A stretch of 39,543 bases of DNA from a virus (lineage: Duplodnaviria; Heunggongvirae; Uroviricota; Caudoviricetes). Both the position numbers and the translations under genes were made by a program. Each line of letters opens with the position of its first letter. The first letter of the stretch is position 1. Below, one piece after another: positions 21,328 to 29,529 of the stretch. Below the pieces are notes generated by a model. That model searched no databases. It had not been told where the DNA came from and worked only from the letters and a program-made list of their open reading frames with translations. The stretch lies in IMG/VR virus record IMGVR_UViG_2541047868_000004; one strand, written 5' to 3'.

Positions 21328-21818
21328 GCTCTACCCCTTCATTGAGGGGATTTGCTCTATTTAATTAGGAATAAGGTCGATTACTGATAGAACAAATCCA
21401 GGCTACTGTGTTTAGTAATCAGATTTGTTCGTGACCGATATGCACGGGCAAAACGGCAGGAGGTTGTTAGCGCAACCTCTTGCTACCCGCTTTCACGAAG
21501 GTCATGTGTAGAAGGCCGCAGCGTAACTATCACCGATGAATTCATGATAGCCAGTGGCTACGGCTCAGTTTGGATTGTGGCGACCGGTGCTGATCTCCGG
21601 TTTGCTGCAACTGCCTACAGCGGGCTACGTGGCCACACCGAATCCAGCGAAAGATTCTTGCCCTTACACATCAGCCTGTGCATTCACCACAACGATAAGA
21701 GCACTGCGCGGCACCTTTCACCAATTCCGCGAGGTCTGCGGGTTCAATGCTCTTACCTGTTGTGCAAATAAAAAAGCCACCGTTGCAACTTAAGAGTCAC
21801 TAACGGCAGCTTACATCT

Positions 21819-22331
21819 TTAAACGGTATGATATTTCATTCTGGCGGCCTCAAAAGCCGCAGCGGCAAGTTCGGCAGTATCATGGTATCCAAGGTTAATA
21901 CACTTTCCAGACGCATTAATTCTTGCTCTCCATTTCCCGTACTTAGCATCCCAAGACACGCCACGGTATCCAGATTTATTATTCTTCTGAATTTTCCTGT
22001 TCTGCATATTTTCGGAATGAGTGACAAGACGAAGATTTGATATCCGGTTATCTGTTCTTACCCTGTTGATGTGATCAATAAAACCATCGGGCATGGTGCC
22101 ATAAACAATCAACCATGCCAGTCTGTGAGCAGGGTATGCTTTACCATTAATCATAATCATTAAATACCCATCAGAATTTATTGATGAGCATTTCTTGAAA
22201 GCAAAACGAGAGTTCCATGTCAAAGTGGTCCTCTCTCTTCCCCGCCTCCATCTCCAGTGAAAGTCGCCTGATGATGGATTGTAATCAACAACAGAAAGCA
22301 CCATTTCTGGCGTTAATTTTATTTCTTTCAT
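21819..22331 (-). CDS. Free-standing HNH endonuclease with AP2 DNA-binding domain
   Basis: 170 aa; HNH motif (AHRLAW…DHINR…DNRISNLRLVTHSEN) and AP2 region (SGYRGVSW…KWRARI); between Q/tR-prime and lysis cassette. Confidence 0.8.
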   Translation of the reverse strand: MKEIKLTPEMVLSVVDYNPSSGDFHWRWRRGRERTTLTWNSRFAFKKCSSINSDGYLMIMINGKAYPAHRLAWLIVYGTMPDGFIDHINRVRTDNRISNLRLVTHSENMQNRKIQKNNKSGYRGVSWDAKYGKWRARINASGKCINLGYHDTAELAAAAFEAARMKYHTV

Positions 22332-22453
22332 CGCTTTACCTTAGGGATAGAGCCTGTTCGCGTAGATATGACAGCCAAGAGCGGAGCGATGTTTCCACCA
22401 CCATATCTCAGGCCCATATCACTAAGACTCTTGTTTTGATTGCACGCGAATGC

Positions 22454-22478
22454 AAAAAAGCCCACAGGAGGTGGGCTT
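22454..22478 (-). terminator. Intrinsic terminator ~50 nt downstream of Q (tR-prime-like, end of short late leader RNA)
   Basis: Minus-strand AAGCCCACCTCCTGTGGGCTTTTTTGC, perfect 6-bp GC stem plus U-run. Confidence 0.7.
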
Positions 22479-22525
22479 GTGATGGTTGCTGAATGCAAAA
22501 GCAGCAGCATATGTGAATATTATGG

Positions 22526-23044
22526 CTAAATGGCTAATTGCATGTCAAGGCTTTTAACAGCAACATGCTTAACTTTCTCAACACGTTTACGCATTTTGAA
22601 AGCATTTTGCATTGGTTGGTACAAAACAAATAACGACGCTTTCAGGATGTCGTCAATTTCGTTTCTACAGGTTGCCAGTGAAGGTTTTCTCCATCCCTCG
22701 CCACCACGTCCACACATCTTGCGTGGCTTTGCAGTCGCGTGATAGTAGGATGCAATTGCTCGCTTAGATGAACCATGAGCGTAGTAGCTGAGGAGGATGC
22801 CAAAGGCTTTCTTGTCAATGTACATGACGGAATCGACGACCTGAGAAATCAACATTCCATCATCATCATTACACATTGGCCTTGTCATAACTCTTCCCGG
22901 CTCTACGCTCTCCATGAACTTCGCTATTACGCTGCTCATGCGCTTTTCCAGACGACCTGAATAAACCCATGCGCCCCACAGCTCAAGCCAGCCATTCAGC
23001 CAATCGTGCTGTTCTTTGGTGAGGTTTAGCTCTCTTATGCTCAT
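22526..23044 (-). CDS. Late-gene antiterminator Q-like protein
   Basis: 172 aa; position after ninH and before late terminator and lysis genes; Cys-containing basic protein; family assignment by position and general resemblance, not verified. Confidence 0.6.
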   Translation of the reverse strand: MSIRELNLTKEQHDWLNGWLELWGAWVYSGRLEKRMSSVIAKFMESVEPGRVMTRPMCNDDDGMLISQVVDSVMYIDKKAFGILLSYYAHGSSKRAIASYYHATAKPRKMCGRGGEGWRKPSLATCRNEIDDILKASLFVLYQPMQNAFKMRKRVEKVKHVAVKSLDMQLAI

Positions 23045-23229
23045 CGTCTTCCCTTTTTTCCTGGCGTGACCATCAGGACGCCGTTAACTATTACATGACG
23101 CTCGCCTTTGCTGTCTCGGTTGTACTTGAGCACTGTTCCTCTTGCGCAGGAAAGCATCCTTGCCACTTCGGTCTGATTGCCTCGTGTCTGGATAAGAAGC
23201 TCTGGTATCGTTTGAATTGTGGCGTTCAT
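23041..23229 (-). CDS. ninH: NinH
   Basis: 62 aa; strong similarity to lambda NinH (…TIPELLIQTRGNQTEVARMLSCARGTVLKY…). Confidence 0.85.
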   Translation of the reverse strand: MNATIQTIPELLIQTRGNQTEVARMLSCARGTVLKYNRDSKGERHVIVNGVLMVTPGKKGRR

Positions 23230-23588
23230 ACGTTCTCCAGTTCGGTGATTTTTATTCCAAGCCGTCCGCCTGGTACTTTCACACCACGAATTACGCGAAT
23301 GTCATCGAATTGCTCGTCGTCTTCCGCAAATCCGGCGTGGATAAGAGAGTCGAGTAAACCTTTCAGGATGTTATCGAGGTCGCGGCGGCGGGAGTCTGGA
23401 ACGTCTGCGATGACTTTGATGCGGAGCCGTGATTTGGTGAAAATATCTAACTTGAGTTGGTGGATGATTTGCTGAACGTCTTTTCGGTATTTCTGGCCTT
23501 TATCGCTGATGTAGTATTGGCTTCCCCGTCTTCGCCAGTAGGTATTCACCGACGGCGGGTATGGAAGCACAAACTGATATTCGTTCAT
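23226..23588 (-). CDS. rusA: Holliday junction resolvase RusA
   Basis: 120 aa; RusA motifs (LPYPPSVNTYW…DVPDSRRRDLDN…GGRLGIKITE). Confidence 0.85.
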   Translation of the reverse strand: MNEYQFVLPYPPSVNTYWRRRGSQYYISDKGQKYRKDVQQIIHQLKLDIFTKSRLRIKVIADVPDSRRRDLDNILKGLLDSLIHAGFAEDDEQFDDIRVIRGVKVPGGRLGIKITELENV

Positions 23589-23875
23589 GACTTAATCTTC
23601 CCCTCCTTCAGCAGTATCGCCTGCGTCCTGATCACGCCTTCGAGGTGGTAAAGTCTGGCGTCTTTGTTGTCGAGGTTATGGGTGCGTCGGTCGATTTCAT
23701 CGTGACACGCGCTACAAGCCCATGCGCCGATCAGGTCGTCAGGCTTCATTCCCGTTCCGCAAATTCCAGCCATCCGGTAATGTGCCAGAACTGTAGTTTC
23801 AGGATTACCATTGCATACGCCGTAAATACGTACCTGGCATTCTCTGCCGCGTGCTTCTTTGCGTAGGTTAGCCAT
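23585..23875 (-). CDS. YbcO-like protein (DUF1364, putative nuclease)
   Basis: 96 aa; close to E. coli DLP12 YbcO as recalled (MANLRKEARGRECQVRI…CSACHDEIDRR…). Confidence 0.75.
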   Translation of the reverse strand: MANLRKEARGRECQVRIYGVCNGNPETTVLAHYRMAGICGTGMKPDDLIGAWACSACHDEIDRRTHNLDNKDARLYHLEGVIRTQAILLKEGKIKS

Positions 23876-24080
23876 TTACCTTCCCTCGCAATTGAAGAAT
23901 TGACTGAAGGTCTTTTTTAATAAATATGCGAGTGCGAATTGAGCAGTAGTTTTCCTTCATTCTGGCGTAGTAATAGTCCTTTCGTTGCTTAAGCTTGTTG
24001 GCATCCGCTGTCATCCAGTCTTTTACAGCAAACTTAATTAACCAGCGGTGGCAGAGATACCATTTCATGTAATCACTCAT
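23868..24080 (-). CDS. Hypothetical nin-region protein
   Basis: 70-aa ORF translationally coupled between ninF and ybcO-like genes. Confidence 0.45.
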   Translation of the reverse strand: MSDYMKWYLCHRWLIKFAVKDWMTADANKLKQRKDYYYARMKENYCSIRTRIFIKKDLQSILQLRGKVNG

Positions 24081-24249
24081 CGTCTTCTTCCTCGTACATT
24101 GAGCTATTCGGATCGCTCATCAGTTCTGCGCAGCAGTGCTCACACACGTGAACTTCCAGCACATGCAGCTTCTGACCGCAGTTAGCGCACGTTAAAGCTC
24201 GCTCGACGCTTTCTTTCTGGTATTGAAGGGATTGGGATGGGCTAAGCAT
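24073..24249 (-). CDS. ninF: NinF
   Basis: 58-aa ORF (below ORF-track cutoff) translated by hand: [43 protein letters not shown]…, essentially lambda NinF. Confidence 0.8.
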   Translation of the reverse strand: MLSPSQSLQYQKESVERALTCANCGQKLHVLEVHVCEHCCAELMSDPNSSMYEEEDDE

Positions 24250-24614
24250 TATTGGATTCTCTGCATCATGAGAAAGACAATCATGGCGGCGCGGAGGGGA
24301 TTTTCATGTATAGCTCGCTTAGATTTACAGTAGGCCACACCGCGTGCACCCCACTCGTCTTCATCGAGATTGATAATGCTAATCCTGTATTTTTCAATAA
24401 TCGGCCATGCGTCTGCTGGGTTTGCGCATGGGTTAAAGGATCCGCGCTCAACTTCTACTTCAACTGCGTCTCCGTTTACAATGTCTCCCTCAAATGAGAC
24501 AAACACCATATCGCCATTCTCACCTTCTTTGTAATCCGGTGATCCGTTATGAATGGCTTCGAATACCGCCACGTTAATTTCAAAATCACTTAACTGTGAA
24601 TAATCCATTGTCAT
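24249..24614 (-). CDS. Hypothetical nin-region protein (NinX position)
   Basis: 121 aa; between ninE and ninF; acidic. Confidence 0.5.
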   Translation of the reverse strand: MTMDYSQLSDFEINVAVFEAIHNGSPDYKEGENGDMVFVSFEGDIVNGDAVEVEVERGSFNPCANPADAWPIIEKYRISIINLDEDEWGARGVAYCKSKRAIHENPLRAAMIVFLMMQRIQ

Positions 24615-24787
24615 TTCCTCGCACGTTCTCTAAGCCACCGGATATCCCACAGGTGAGCCGTGTAATTGAAGGTTTTTACGTCAGATTCTTTTGGGATTGG
24701 CTTGCGTTTATTTCTGGAGCGTTTCGTTGGAAGGTATTTGCAGTTTTCGCAGATTATGTCGGTGATACTTCGTCGCTGTCGTGCCAT
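24611..24787 (-). CDS. ninE: NinE
   Basis: 58-aa ORF translated by hand: [58 protein letters not shown], essentially lambda NinE. Confidence 0.8.
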   Translation of the reverse strand: MARQRRSITDIICENCKYLPTKRSRNKRKPIPKESDVKTFNYTAHLWDIRWLRERARK

Positions 24788-24927
24788 ACGTCCTCCTTCG
24801 TCTCTGGCAGCGGGAAATTACCTACTGGCGACCGCTCACATCTGATACACCATTGGTGCCAATAAGGTTGATTTGGCCGGAATCGATAATCGTCTTTGCT
24901 TTCTCCGCAGCGGTAGCAGTGTTTCAT
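24754..24927 (-). CDS. ninD: NinD-like zinc-ribbon protein
   Basis: 57 aa from internal Met of ORF 24754..24984 ([18 protein letters not shown]…CIRCE…); ATG overlaps ninB stop (ATGA). Confidence 0.6.
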   Translation of the reverse strand: MKHCYRCGESKDDYRFRPNQPYWHQWCIRCERSPVGNFPLPETKEDVWHDSDEVSPT

Positions 24928-25349
24928 GCGGCGTCTCCAAACCTCGCTTTCCATTCCAGTGCTAACCGGGCTTCGTCTGACCACTTAACGCCGCGCTCTG
25001 TACCGAATGCCTGTATAAGCTCTAATAGCTCCGCAAACTCGCTTACACGCATCCTGCTGGTTGACTGGCCTATTACCACGAAGCCATTCCCGGAAAGGTT
25101 AGGCACCACGTCCTGCTGCTTTAATGCTGCGGTAAACACACACTTCCAGCTTTCTGCATCCAGCCAGCGACCATGCCATTCAACCTGACGAGAGACGTCA
25201 CCTAAGCAGGCCCATAGCTTCCTGTTTTGGTCTAAGCTGCGGTTGCGCTGCTTAAACTCGACAATGATGTCTAAATCGCATGTCCTAAGATACTGAATGG
25301 CGTTATATCTTATAGATTCATTAGTAAGGTGATATTTGACACATTTCAT
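24924..25349 (-). CDS. ninB: NinB recombination protein (full length, divergent N-terminal 30 residues)
   Basis: From residue ~30 (…[28 protein letters not shown]…) near-identical to lambda NinB; probable start ATG 25349, 1 nt after HNH stop; ORF track extends to 25436. Confidence 0.75.
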   Translation of the reverse strand: MKCVKYHLTNESIRYNAIQYLRTCDLDIIVEFKQRNRSLDQNRKLWACLGDVSRQVEWHGRWLDAESWKCVFTAALKQQDVVPNLSGNGFVVIGQSTSRMRVSEFAELLELIQAFGTERGVKWSDEARLALEWKARFGDAA

Positions 25350-25350
25350 T

Positions 25351-25938
25351 TTAATACCTCGCAAATTCGCCGAAACATTCATCCGCTTTATTTGCATATA
25401 CTTTATGAGCTTCCTTTGGGTCATCGTAAAACCCAAGATTAACTTTCCTCTTGTTGATTACGATTTGCGCCCTCCATTTTCTTGATTTCTTATCCCATGA
25501 AACGCCTTTATATCCTGATTTGTTATTTGCCTTTTTGTTTACGTTTTGGATGTTTTGAGATCGAGTTGCCAATCTAAGATTTGCTATACGATTGTCATCC
25601 CTAACGAGATTTATGTGGTCGATATCACTTTTTGGTAGACTGCCATTCATATAGAGCCACGCCAGCCTGTGTGCCTTATAAAGTTTTCCATCGACTTTTA
25701 TTACCCAGTAGCCTTCGCTACTCTTATGCCCTGCGATATCCCCAGCATTCATTCTCTGGCATTTCTTTACTTTCCATGTGAATTTCCCTGTTAACTCATC
25801 GTAGAGAAGGACTTCTTTAAGTCTCTGCTGAGTTATTTGATTGATTGGTTTGGTTGGGTCTGGAAGGATTTGCTGTACTGCGTGAATAGCGTTTTGCTGA
25901 TGTGCTGGAGATCGAATTTCAAAGGTTATTTTTTTCAT
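25351..25938 (-). CDS. HNH-AP2 endonuclease fused in frame to a duplicated NinB N-terminal leader (32 codons)
   Basis: ATG 25938 with SD GAGAGGGAAG; N-terminus MKKITFEIRSPAHQQNAIHAVQQILPDPTKPI equals lambda NinB residues 1-32, then HNH motif (AHRLAW…DHINLVRDDNRIANLRLA) and AP2 region. Confidence 0.8.
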   Translation of the reverse strand: MKKITFEIRSPAHQQNAIHAVQQILPDPTKPINQITQQRLKEVLLYDELTGKFTWKVKKCQRMNAGDIAGHKSSEGYWVIKVDGKLYKAHRLAWLYMNGSLPKSDIDHINLVRDDNRIANLRLATRSQNIQNVNKKANNKSGYKGVSWDKKSRKWRAQIVINKRKVNLGFYDDPKEAHKVYANKADECFGEFARY

Positions 25939-25954
25939 GACTTCCCTCTCACCC

Positions 25955-25986
25955 AAATAAAAAGGCCTGCGATTACCAGCAGGCCT
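25955..25986 (-). terminator. Intrinsic terminator upstream of the ninB-leader/HNH gene
   Basis: Minus-strand AGGCCTGCTGGTAATCGCAGGCCT (8-bp perfect stem) followed by TTTTTATTT. Confidence 0.65.
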
Positions 25987-26011
25987 GTTACAAGCTCAGT
26001 GATGTAGATGG

Positions 26012-26281
26012 TCATTGCTTCATCTCCCTTTCCATTTCATCAATGTCAACATCATCAGGAAGATGGGAACAATACGCTGCTATACCATGATGATTTATCT
26101 CATACCCTTTGAACGTTACCATCTGGTGCGTAATCTCAACTTCGTTCAGGAATCCTTCATCGCATAACTGCCTGGCTATTTTCGATTTGGTCTGGATTAT
26201 TGGTAGTGCCTGTTCTTTCAAAGCGCATGATATTTGTGCATCCCATGCCTTTTCGAGAATGGCTAATTGTTTTTTATTCAT
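26012..26281 (-). CDS. Hypothetical protein between helicase and ninB
   Basis: 89-aa ORF with ATGA coupling to helicase stop. Confidence 0.45.
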   Translation of the reverse strand: MNKKQLAILEKAWDAQISCALKEQALPIIQTKSKIARQLCDEGFLNEVEITHQMVTFKGYEINHHGIAAYCSHLPDDVDIDEMEREMKQ

Positions 26282-27732
26282 CAGAATCCTCCTTTCTTCT
26301 TGGACTGCGGTTCCTCGCGTTCACGGCGGCGCATTTCAGCAGACTGTTGGTCTGTGTCATAAATAGCGCCATTTGCCTGAATGCAATACACCGTGCCGGT
26401 ATTGCCATGACGATTGAGACGAAGGATTAGTTCGGTTTCACCAGGAGGAACACTGTCATCAAAAGCACCTTCACGATGGATCCCCACCCAATAATCGCAA
26501 TCCTGTTCAATCTGCCCTGTATCTCGTGAGTCACTTGGTAATGGGCGTTTATTGGTTCGGCTTTCCAGTGCGCGGTTAAGCTGTGTCAGAAGCACAACAA
26601 CGCAATCAAGCTCTTTGGCAAGGTTCTTCAGTCCTTTGGTGATCATGCCGTAAGCAAGGTCGTTGCGATCGGCCTTCTCAGCAGTCATTAGTGTCAGGTA
26701 ATCGACCAGAATCATGCCAACACATCCTTTTTCTCGCTTGATTCGACGGCTTTCGCTGACGATTTGAGCCAGAGATAATCCCGGCGTGTCGTCGATGTAA
26801 AGCATGTCGATTTCACTCAAGCGATTGGCTGTTTCGATCGCCCTGTTGAAGTCACCATCGTAATCACCCTGATAGCCGTCATCAGCGTCATTTGTCGCCG
26901 GAAGGTAAAAAATATTCGGGTTAACACCAGACTTCTGCCCTACCAGTTTTTCCAGTATCTGGTCACCTGGCATTTCAAGGCTGAACATCAGAGCAGGCTT
27001 TTTCTCATGCACTGCACAGTTGATTGCCATCTGGCTGTATAGCGTCGTTTTCCCCATCTTAGGGCGAGCGCCAATGACAAACAGAGAGCCTTTCACCAGA
27101 CCTTTCGGTGACAGCATCCTGTCCAGCGATGGGATCCCCGTGCTCATTCCTCGTTGTTCGCCTGACGGGTCAAATCGCTTCTCAAGGTCGCTAACCCAGT
27201 CTTCCATGACCTCACCAAATGAGCGAAGGCCGCGACGCGATCCGGTTTTTGCATGGTCTGTCAGTTGCGTGAAAATCGCCTGAATAGCTTCGTACTTCTG
27301 CGTTGCAGTCATTCCGTTGCGGGAATAGAGCAATTCCGTCGCTTCAGTCATGCGGTTGATGGCGTAGCGTTCCATTGCGGTTTCACGAACCTGCATTGCA
27401 TAGGCAACGATGTTTGCTGCGCTTGGCGTGTTCTTTGCGATCTCAGCGATATAAGCAAAACCGCCAACAGACGCCGTTAACGATTTACGCTCCAGTTCAT
27501 CGAAAAGCGTCAGGCCATCTACTGGCTTTTGTTCCCGGTGCATTCTGGTTATTTCTTCGAAAAGGATTTTGTGTGGTCGGCTGTAAAATGAATCAGGCTT
27601 CAGCATCGCCAGAACTTTCCGGACGCGCTCACTGCTGTCATCATCCAGAAGCAATCCACCAATCACCGCCTGCTCTGCCTCGATGCTATGGGGCGGCGCA
27701 TAAAAATTATCGGTCATCGTGTTCACCCTCAC
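26281..27732 (-). CDS. Replicative DNA helicase (DnaB family, P22 gp12-like)
   Basis: 483-aa ORF; N-terminal SIEAEQAVIGG, Walker A GARPKMGKTT; start may be the internal ATG at 27717. Confidence 0.9.
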   Translation of the reverse strand: MRVNTMTDNFYAPPHSIEAEQAVIGGLLLDDDSSERVRKVLAMLKPDSFYSRPHKILFEEITRMHREQKPVDGLTLFDELERKSLTASVGGFAYIAEIAKNTPSAANIVAYAMQVRETAMERYAINRMTEATELLYSRNGMTATQKYEAIQAIFTQLTDHAKTGSRRGLRSFGEVMEDWVSDLEKRFDPSGEQRGMSTGIPSLDRMLSPKGLVKGSLFVIGARPKMGKTTLYSQMAINCAVHEKKPALMFSLEMPGDQILEKLVGQKSGVNPNIFYLPATNDADDGYQGDYDGDFNRAIETANRLSEIDMLYIDDTPGLSLAQIVSESRRIKREKGCVGMILVDYLTLMTAEKADRNDLAYGMITKGLKNLAKELDCVVVLLTQLNRALESRTNKRPLPSDSRDTGQIEQDCDYWVGIHREGAFDDSVPPGETELILRLNRHGNTGTVYCIQANGAIYDTDQQSAEMRRREREEPQSKKKGGF

Positions 27733-28606
27733 GAACTTTCAGGTAGGTATTGTCGTTAAGCAGGAAATCAAATCCCTTTTTGTGCCAGACGGTTCCGCGT
27801 TGATGGTTTGGGCGCTCTTCGAACATCCATCGGCAATTTTCGCCAACGTAGCTCAAATAATTTCTCCAGTCCTGCATCGTGAACCCATGCCCGTCAAGCT
27901 GGCGGGTTATCACTCCGGCTTTGCGCCAGAACGTTCGGATCTGGTTTTTACGCTTGTCATTCAGTGCGCGGATTCTTGGCGCTTCAGGAAGGATTTCGTG
28001 GTAAGCATCGACAACATCCTGACAGCTAACGGGAGGTTTTTTCTTGTCAGACTTTTTGTCTGCTGTGGCACTCTCTAATACGTCAGTATTAGAGATAATA
28101 TTATTATATTCTTTATCTGTGGTAATTTGCTGGTAATCTGCTGGTACAGTATTGCTTGCAGGCATTGGTATTGCTGGCTTTGAGGTGGTAATTTGCTGGT
28201 AATCTGCTGGTACAAAATTTGACTGATAATCGTCATATTTCTCTACCGAGAAAACTGAGAATTTACCGTGTGAAACCCAGTCAATCATGCCGAGTTTTTT
28301 GAACTTTCTAAGCAGGTACTGAACGCGATCTGGTTTGAGTCCTGTTTCAAACGCCAGAGAGTTTCTACCGCCAAGTAGCTTCCCTCTGCCTACCAGAATT
28401 TCTCCTGCGTCAGTCATTACATACTCAGGCGTATGCTTTGCTTTGAGGATTAAGTGAACCCACAGATGCGCTGCTTCTGCGTCCTTGTAAAACGGCACAT
28501 CCATAATTTTACGGTGCAGCAAGGCATACCCCTTACCGCTGCTTTGATGCGGTTGTTGTAGCCTTCTGGCCTCTCTGGCTTCGGCTAGATTAGATATGTT
28601 ACTCAT
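27707..28606 (-). CDS. Replication initiator (O-like / P22 gp18-like) containing the origin
   Basis: 299 aa; iterons lie inside the coding region and encode repeated PADYQQITT; directly upstream of helicase. Confidence 0.7.
   Translation of the reverse strand: MSNISNLAEAREARRLQQPHQSSGKGYALLHRKIMDVPFYKDAEAAHLWVHLILKAKHTPEYVMTDAGEILVGRGKLLGGRNSLAFETGLKPDRVQYLLRKFKKLGMIDWVSHGKFSVFSVEKYDDYQSNFVPADYQQITTSKPAIPMPASNTVPADYQQITTDKEYNNIISNTDVLESATADKKSDKKKPPVSCQDVVDAYHEILPEAPRIRALNDKRKNQIRTFWRKAGVITRQLDGHGFTMQDWRNYLSYVGENCRWMFEERPNHQRGTVWHKKGFDFLLNDNTYLKVREGEHDDR
28118..28213. repeat. Origin-of-replication iterons with adjacent AT-rich segment
   Basis: Two 30-bp direct repeats GTGGTAATTTGCTGGTAATCTGCTGGTACA (28118..28147, 28184..28213), each with tandem TGCTGGTAAT-like units; AT-rich stretch at ~28090..28115. 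Confidence 0.7.
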
Positions 28607-28745
28607 GACCTTTCTCCTTCTGCATCAGCTTCACCTTTTCCAACTCAGCCCGGAATCGACCAGGCTGCTTGAAGCTGGACAGGAAGCGATCACGTAGTAT
28701 GTGTTTGTGAATTTTGTCCTGGTAAGGACTGAGTTGTTTTGTCAT
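28599..28745 (-). CDS. Small protein between cII and initiator gene (P22 orf48 position)
   Basis: 48-aa ORF translated by hand ([21 protein letters not shown]…); stop overlaps initiator start. Confidence 0.45.
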   Translation of the reverse strand: MTKQLSPYQDKIHKHILRDRFLSSFKQPGRFRAELEKVKLMQKEKGHE

Positions 28746-28777
28746 AATGACTCCTGTGGATTGATCCAGTAATGACC

Positions 28778-29071
28778 TCAGAATTCCATCTGGATTTGTT
28801 CAGAACGCTCGGTTGCCGCCGGGCGTTTTTTATTGGTGAGAATCGAAGCAACTTGTCGTGCCAATCGAGCCATATCGTCGTCAACGACACCCCATTCAAG
28901 AACAGCAAGCAGCATTGAGAACTTTGGAATCCAGTCCCTCTTCCACCTGCTGATCTGCGACTTATCAACTCCCACAGCTTCCGCTGTCTTCTCAGTTCCA
29001 AGCATTGCGATTTTGTTAAGCAACGCACTCTCGATTCGTAGAGCCTCGTTGCGTTTGTTTGCACGAACCAT
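28778..29071 (-). CDS. cII: Transcriptional activator CII (lambda-type)
   Basis: 97 aa from ATG 29071: [24 protein letters not shown]…, essentially lambda CII; ORF-track entry 28778..29131 includes a non-coding extension. Confidence 0.9.
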   Translation of the reverse strand: MVRANKRNEALRIESALLNKIAMLGTEKTAEAVGVDKSQISRWKRDWIPKFSMLLAVLEWGVVDDDMARLARQVASILTNKKRPAATERSEQIQMEF

Positions 29072-29150
29072 ATGTAAGTATTTCCTTAGATAACAATTGA
29101 TTGAATGCATGCAAATAAATGCATACACCATAGGTGTGGTTTAATTTGAT

Positions 29151-29182
29151 GCCCTTTTTCAGGGCTGGAATGTGTAAGAGCG
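29151..29182 (-). promoter_or_regulatory. nutR (boxA CGCTCTTAC, boxB GCCCTGAAAAAGGGC) between cro and cII
   Basis: Minus-strand sequence matches lambda nutR as recalled. Confidence 0.8.
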
Positions 29183-29190
29183 TTGATAAC

Positions 29191-29421
29191 TTAAGCAGCC
29201 ATTAATTCAGGCCAGATGCTTTCCCAATCAACCGGATGAAGGTCTTTGCGAGTCACTTCACCATTGCTGAACTTCTCAATCAGAACACAAAGTGCTGCGC
29301 CCAATTCATGATTACGGCTAAGTGCTTTCCTCAAATAGCCGATAGAAGTTCCGCACTTGGTGGCAAATTCTCTCTGCTCTTCCAGTGAAAGGGAGTTCAG
29401 ATACAAGCGGAGTTCTTCCAT
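29191..29421 (-). CDS. cro: Cro-like repressor (non-lambda immunity type)
   Basis: 76 aa; transcribed divergently from cI across the operator region; HTH-like segment TKCGTSIGYLRKALS; call is positional. Confidence 0.6.
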   Translation of the reverse strand: MEELRLYLNSLSLEEQREFATKCGTSIGYLRKALSRNHELGAALCVLIEKFSNGEVTRKDLHPVDWESIWPELMAA

Positions 29422-29455
29422 TTGCTATCTCCTTCCCGTTGTTGAATAAGGTGAG

Positions 29456-29511
29456 TTTACCTGCAGGTAAAAAACAAATCAATACCCACAGGTTATTTAC
29501 CGATAGGTAAT
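29456..29511. promoter_or_regulatory. OR operators / divergent pRM-pR region
   Basis: Perfect palindrome TTTACCTGCAGGTAAA (29456..29471) and related ATTTACCGATAGGTAAT (29495..29511) between cro and cI. Confidence 0.65.
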
Positions 29512-29529
29512 CAAAGATAGAATTAAATC

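Noticed and set aside
1560-21345. Numerous plus-strand ORFs of 60-295 aa overlapping the minus-strand structural and lysis genes (for example 12448..13335, 14788..15312, 20652..21077)
   Set aside because: They lie antisense to long, well-supported genes with clear homologs, lack ribosome-binding sites and have biased composition typical of shadow ORFs.
21328-21818. tRNA gene(s) in the Q-to-holin interval, as in some lambdoid phages
   Set aside because: Scanned both strands by eye: fragments reminiscent of D-loop or T-loop sequence exist (GCTCAGTTTGG; GGGTTCAATGC) but no 7-bp acceptor stem, anticodon arm and GGTTCGAATCC-type T-arm in correct register. A tRNA scan would be needed to exclude one firmly.
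21328-22525. Toxin or virulence cargo (for example Shiga toxin) at the Q-S moron site
   Set aside because: The only ORF in the interval is an HNH-AP2 endonuclease; no AB5-toxin-like ORFs are present.
24754-24984. Full 76-aa ORF as annotated by the ORF track
   Set aside because: Its 5' part overlaps the ninB 3' end in another frame. Only the C-terminal 57 codons, starting at ATG 24927, match NinD-like length and Cys pattern, so the shorter gene was called instead.
25262-25842. Intein or group I intron interrupting ninB
   Set aside because: The endonuclease ORF ends with a stop codon and downstream NinB is in a different reading frame, which excludes an intein. Only ~90 nt lie between the HNH stop and the resumed NinB homology, too little for a group I core, and the downstream copy has its own start codon 1 nt after the HNH stop. 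A free-standing endonuclease insertion with target duplication fits better.
28118-28213. CRISPR-like repeat array
   Set aside because: Only two to four short direct repeats, inside a coding region next to an AT-rich tract and the helicase gene: these are replication-origin iterons.
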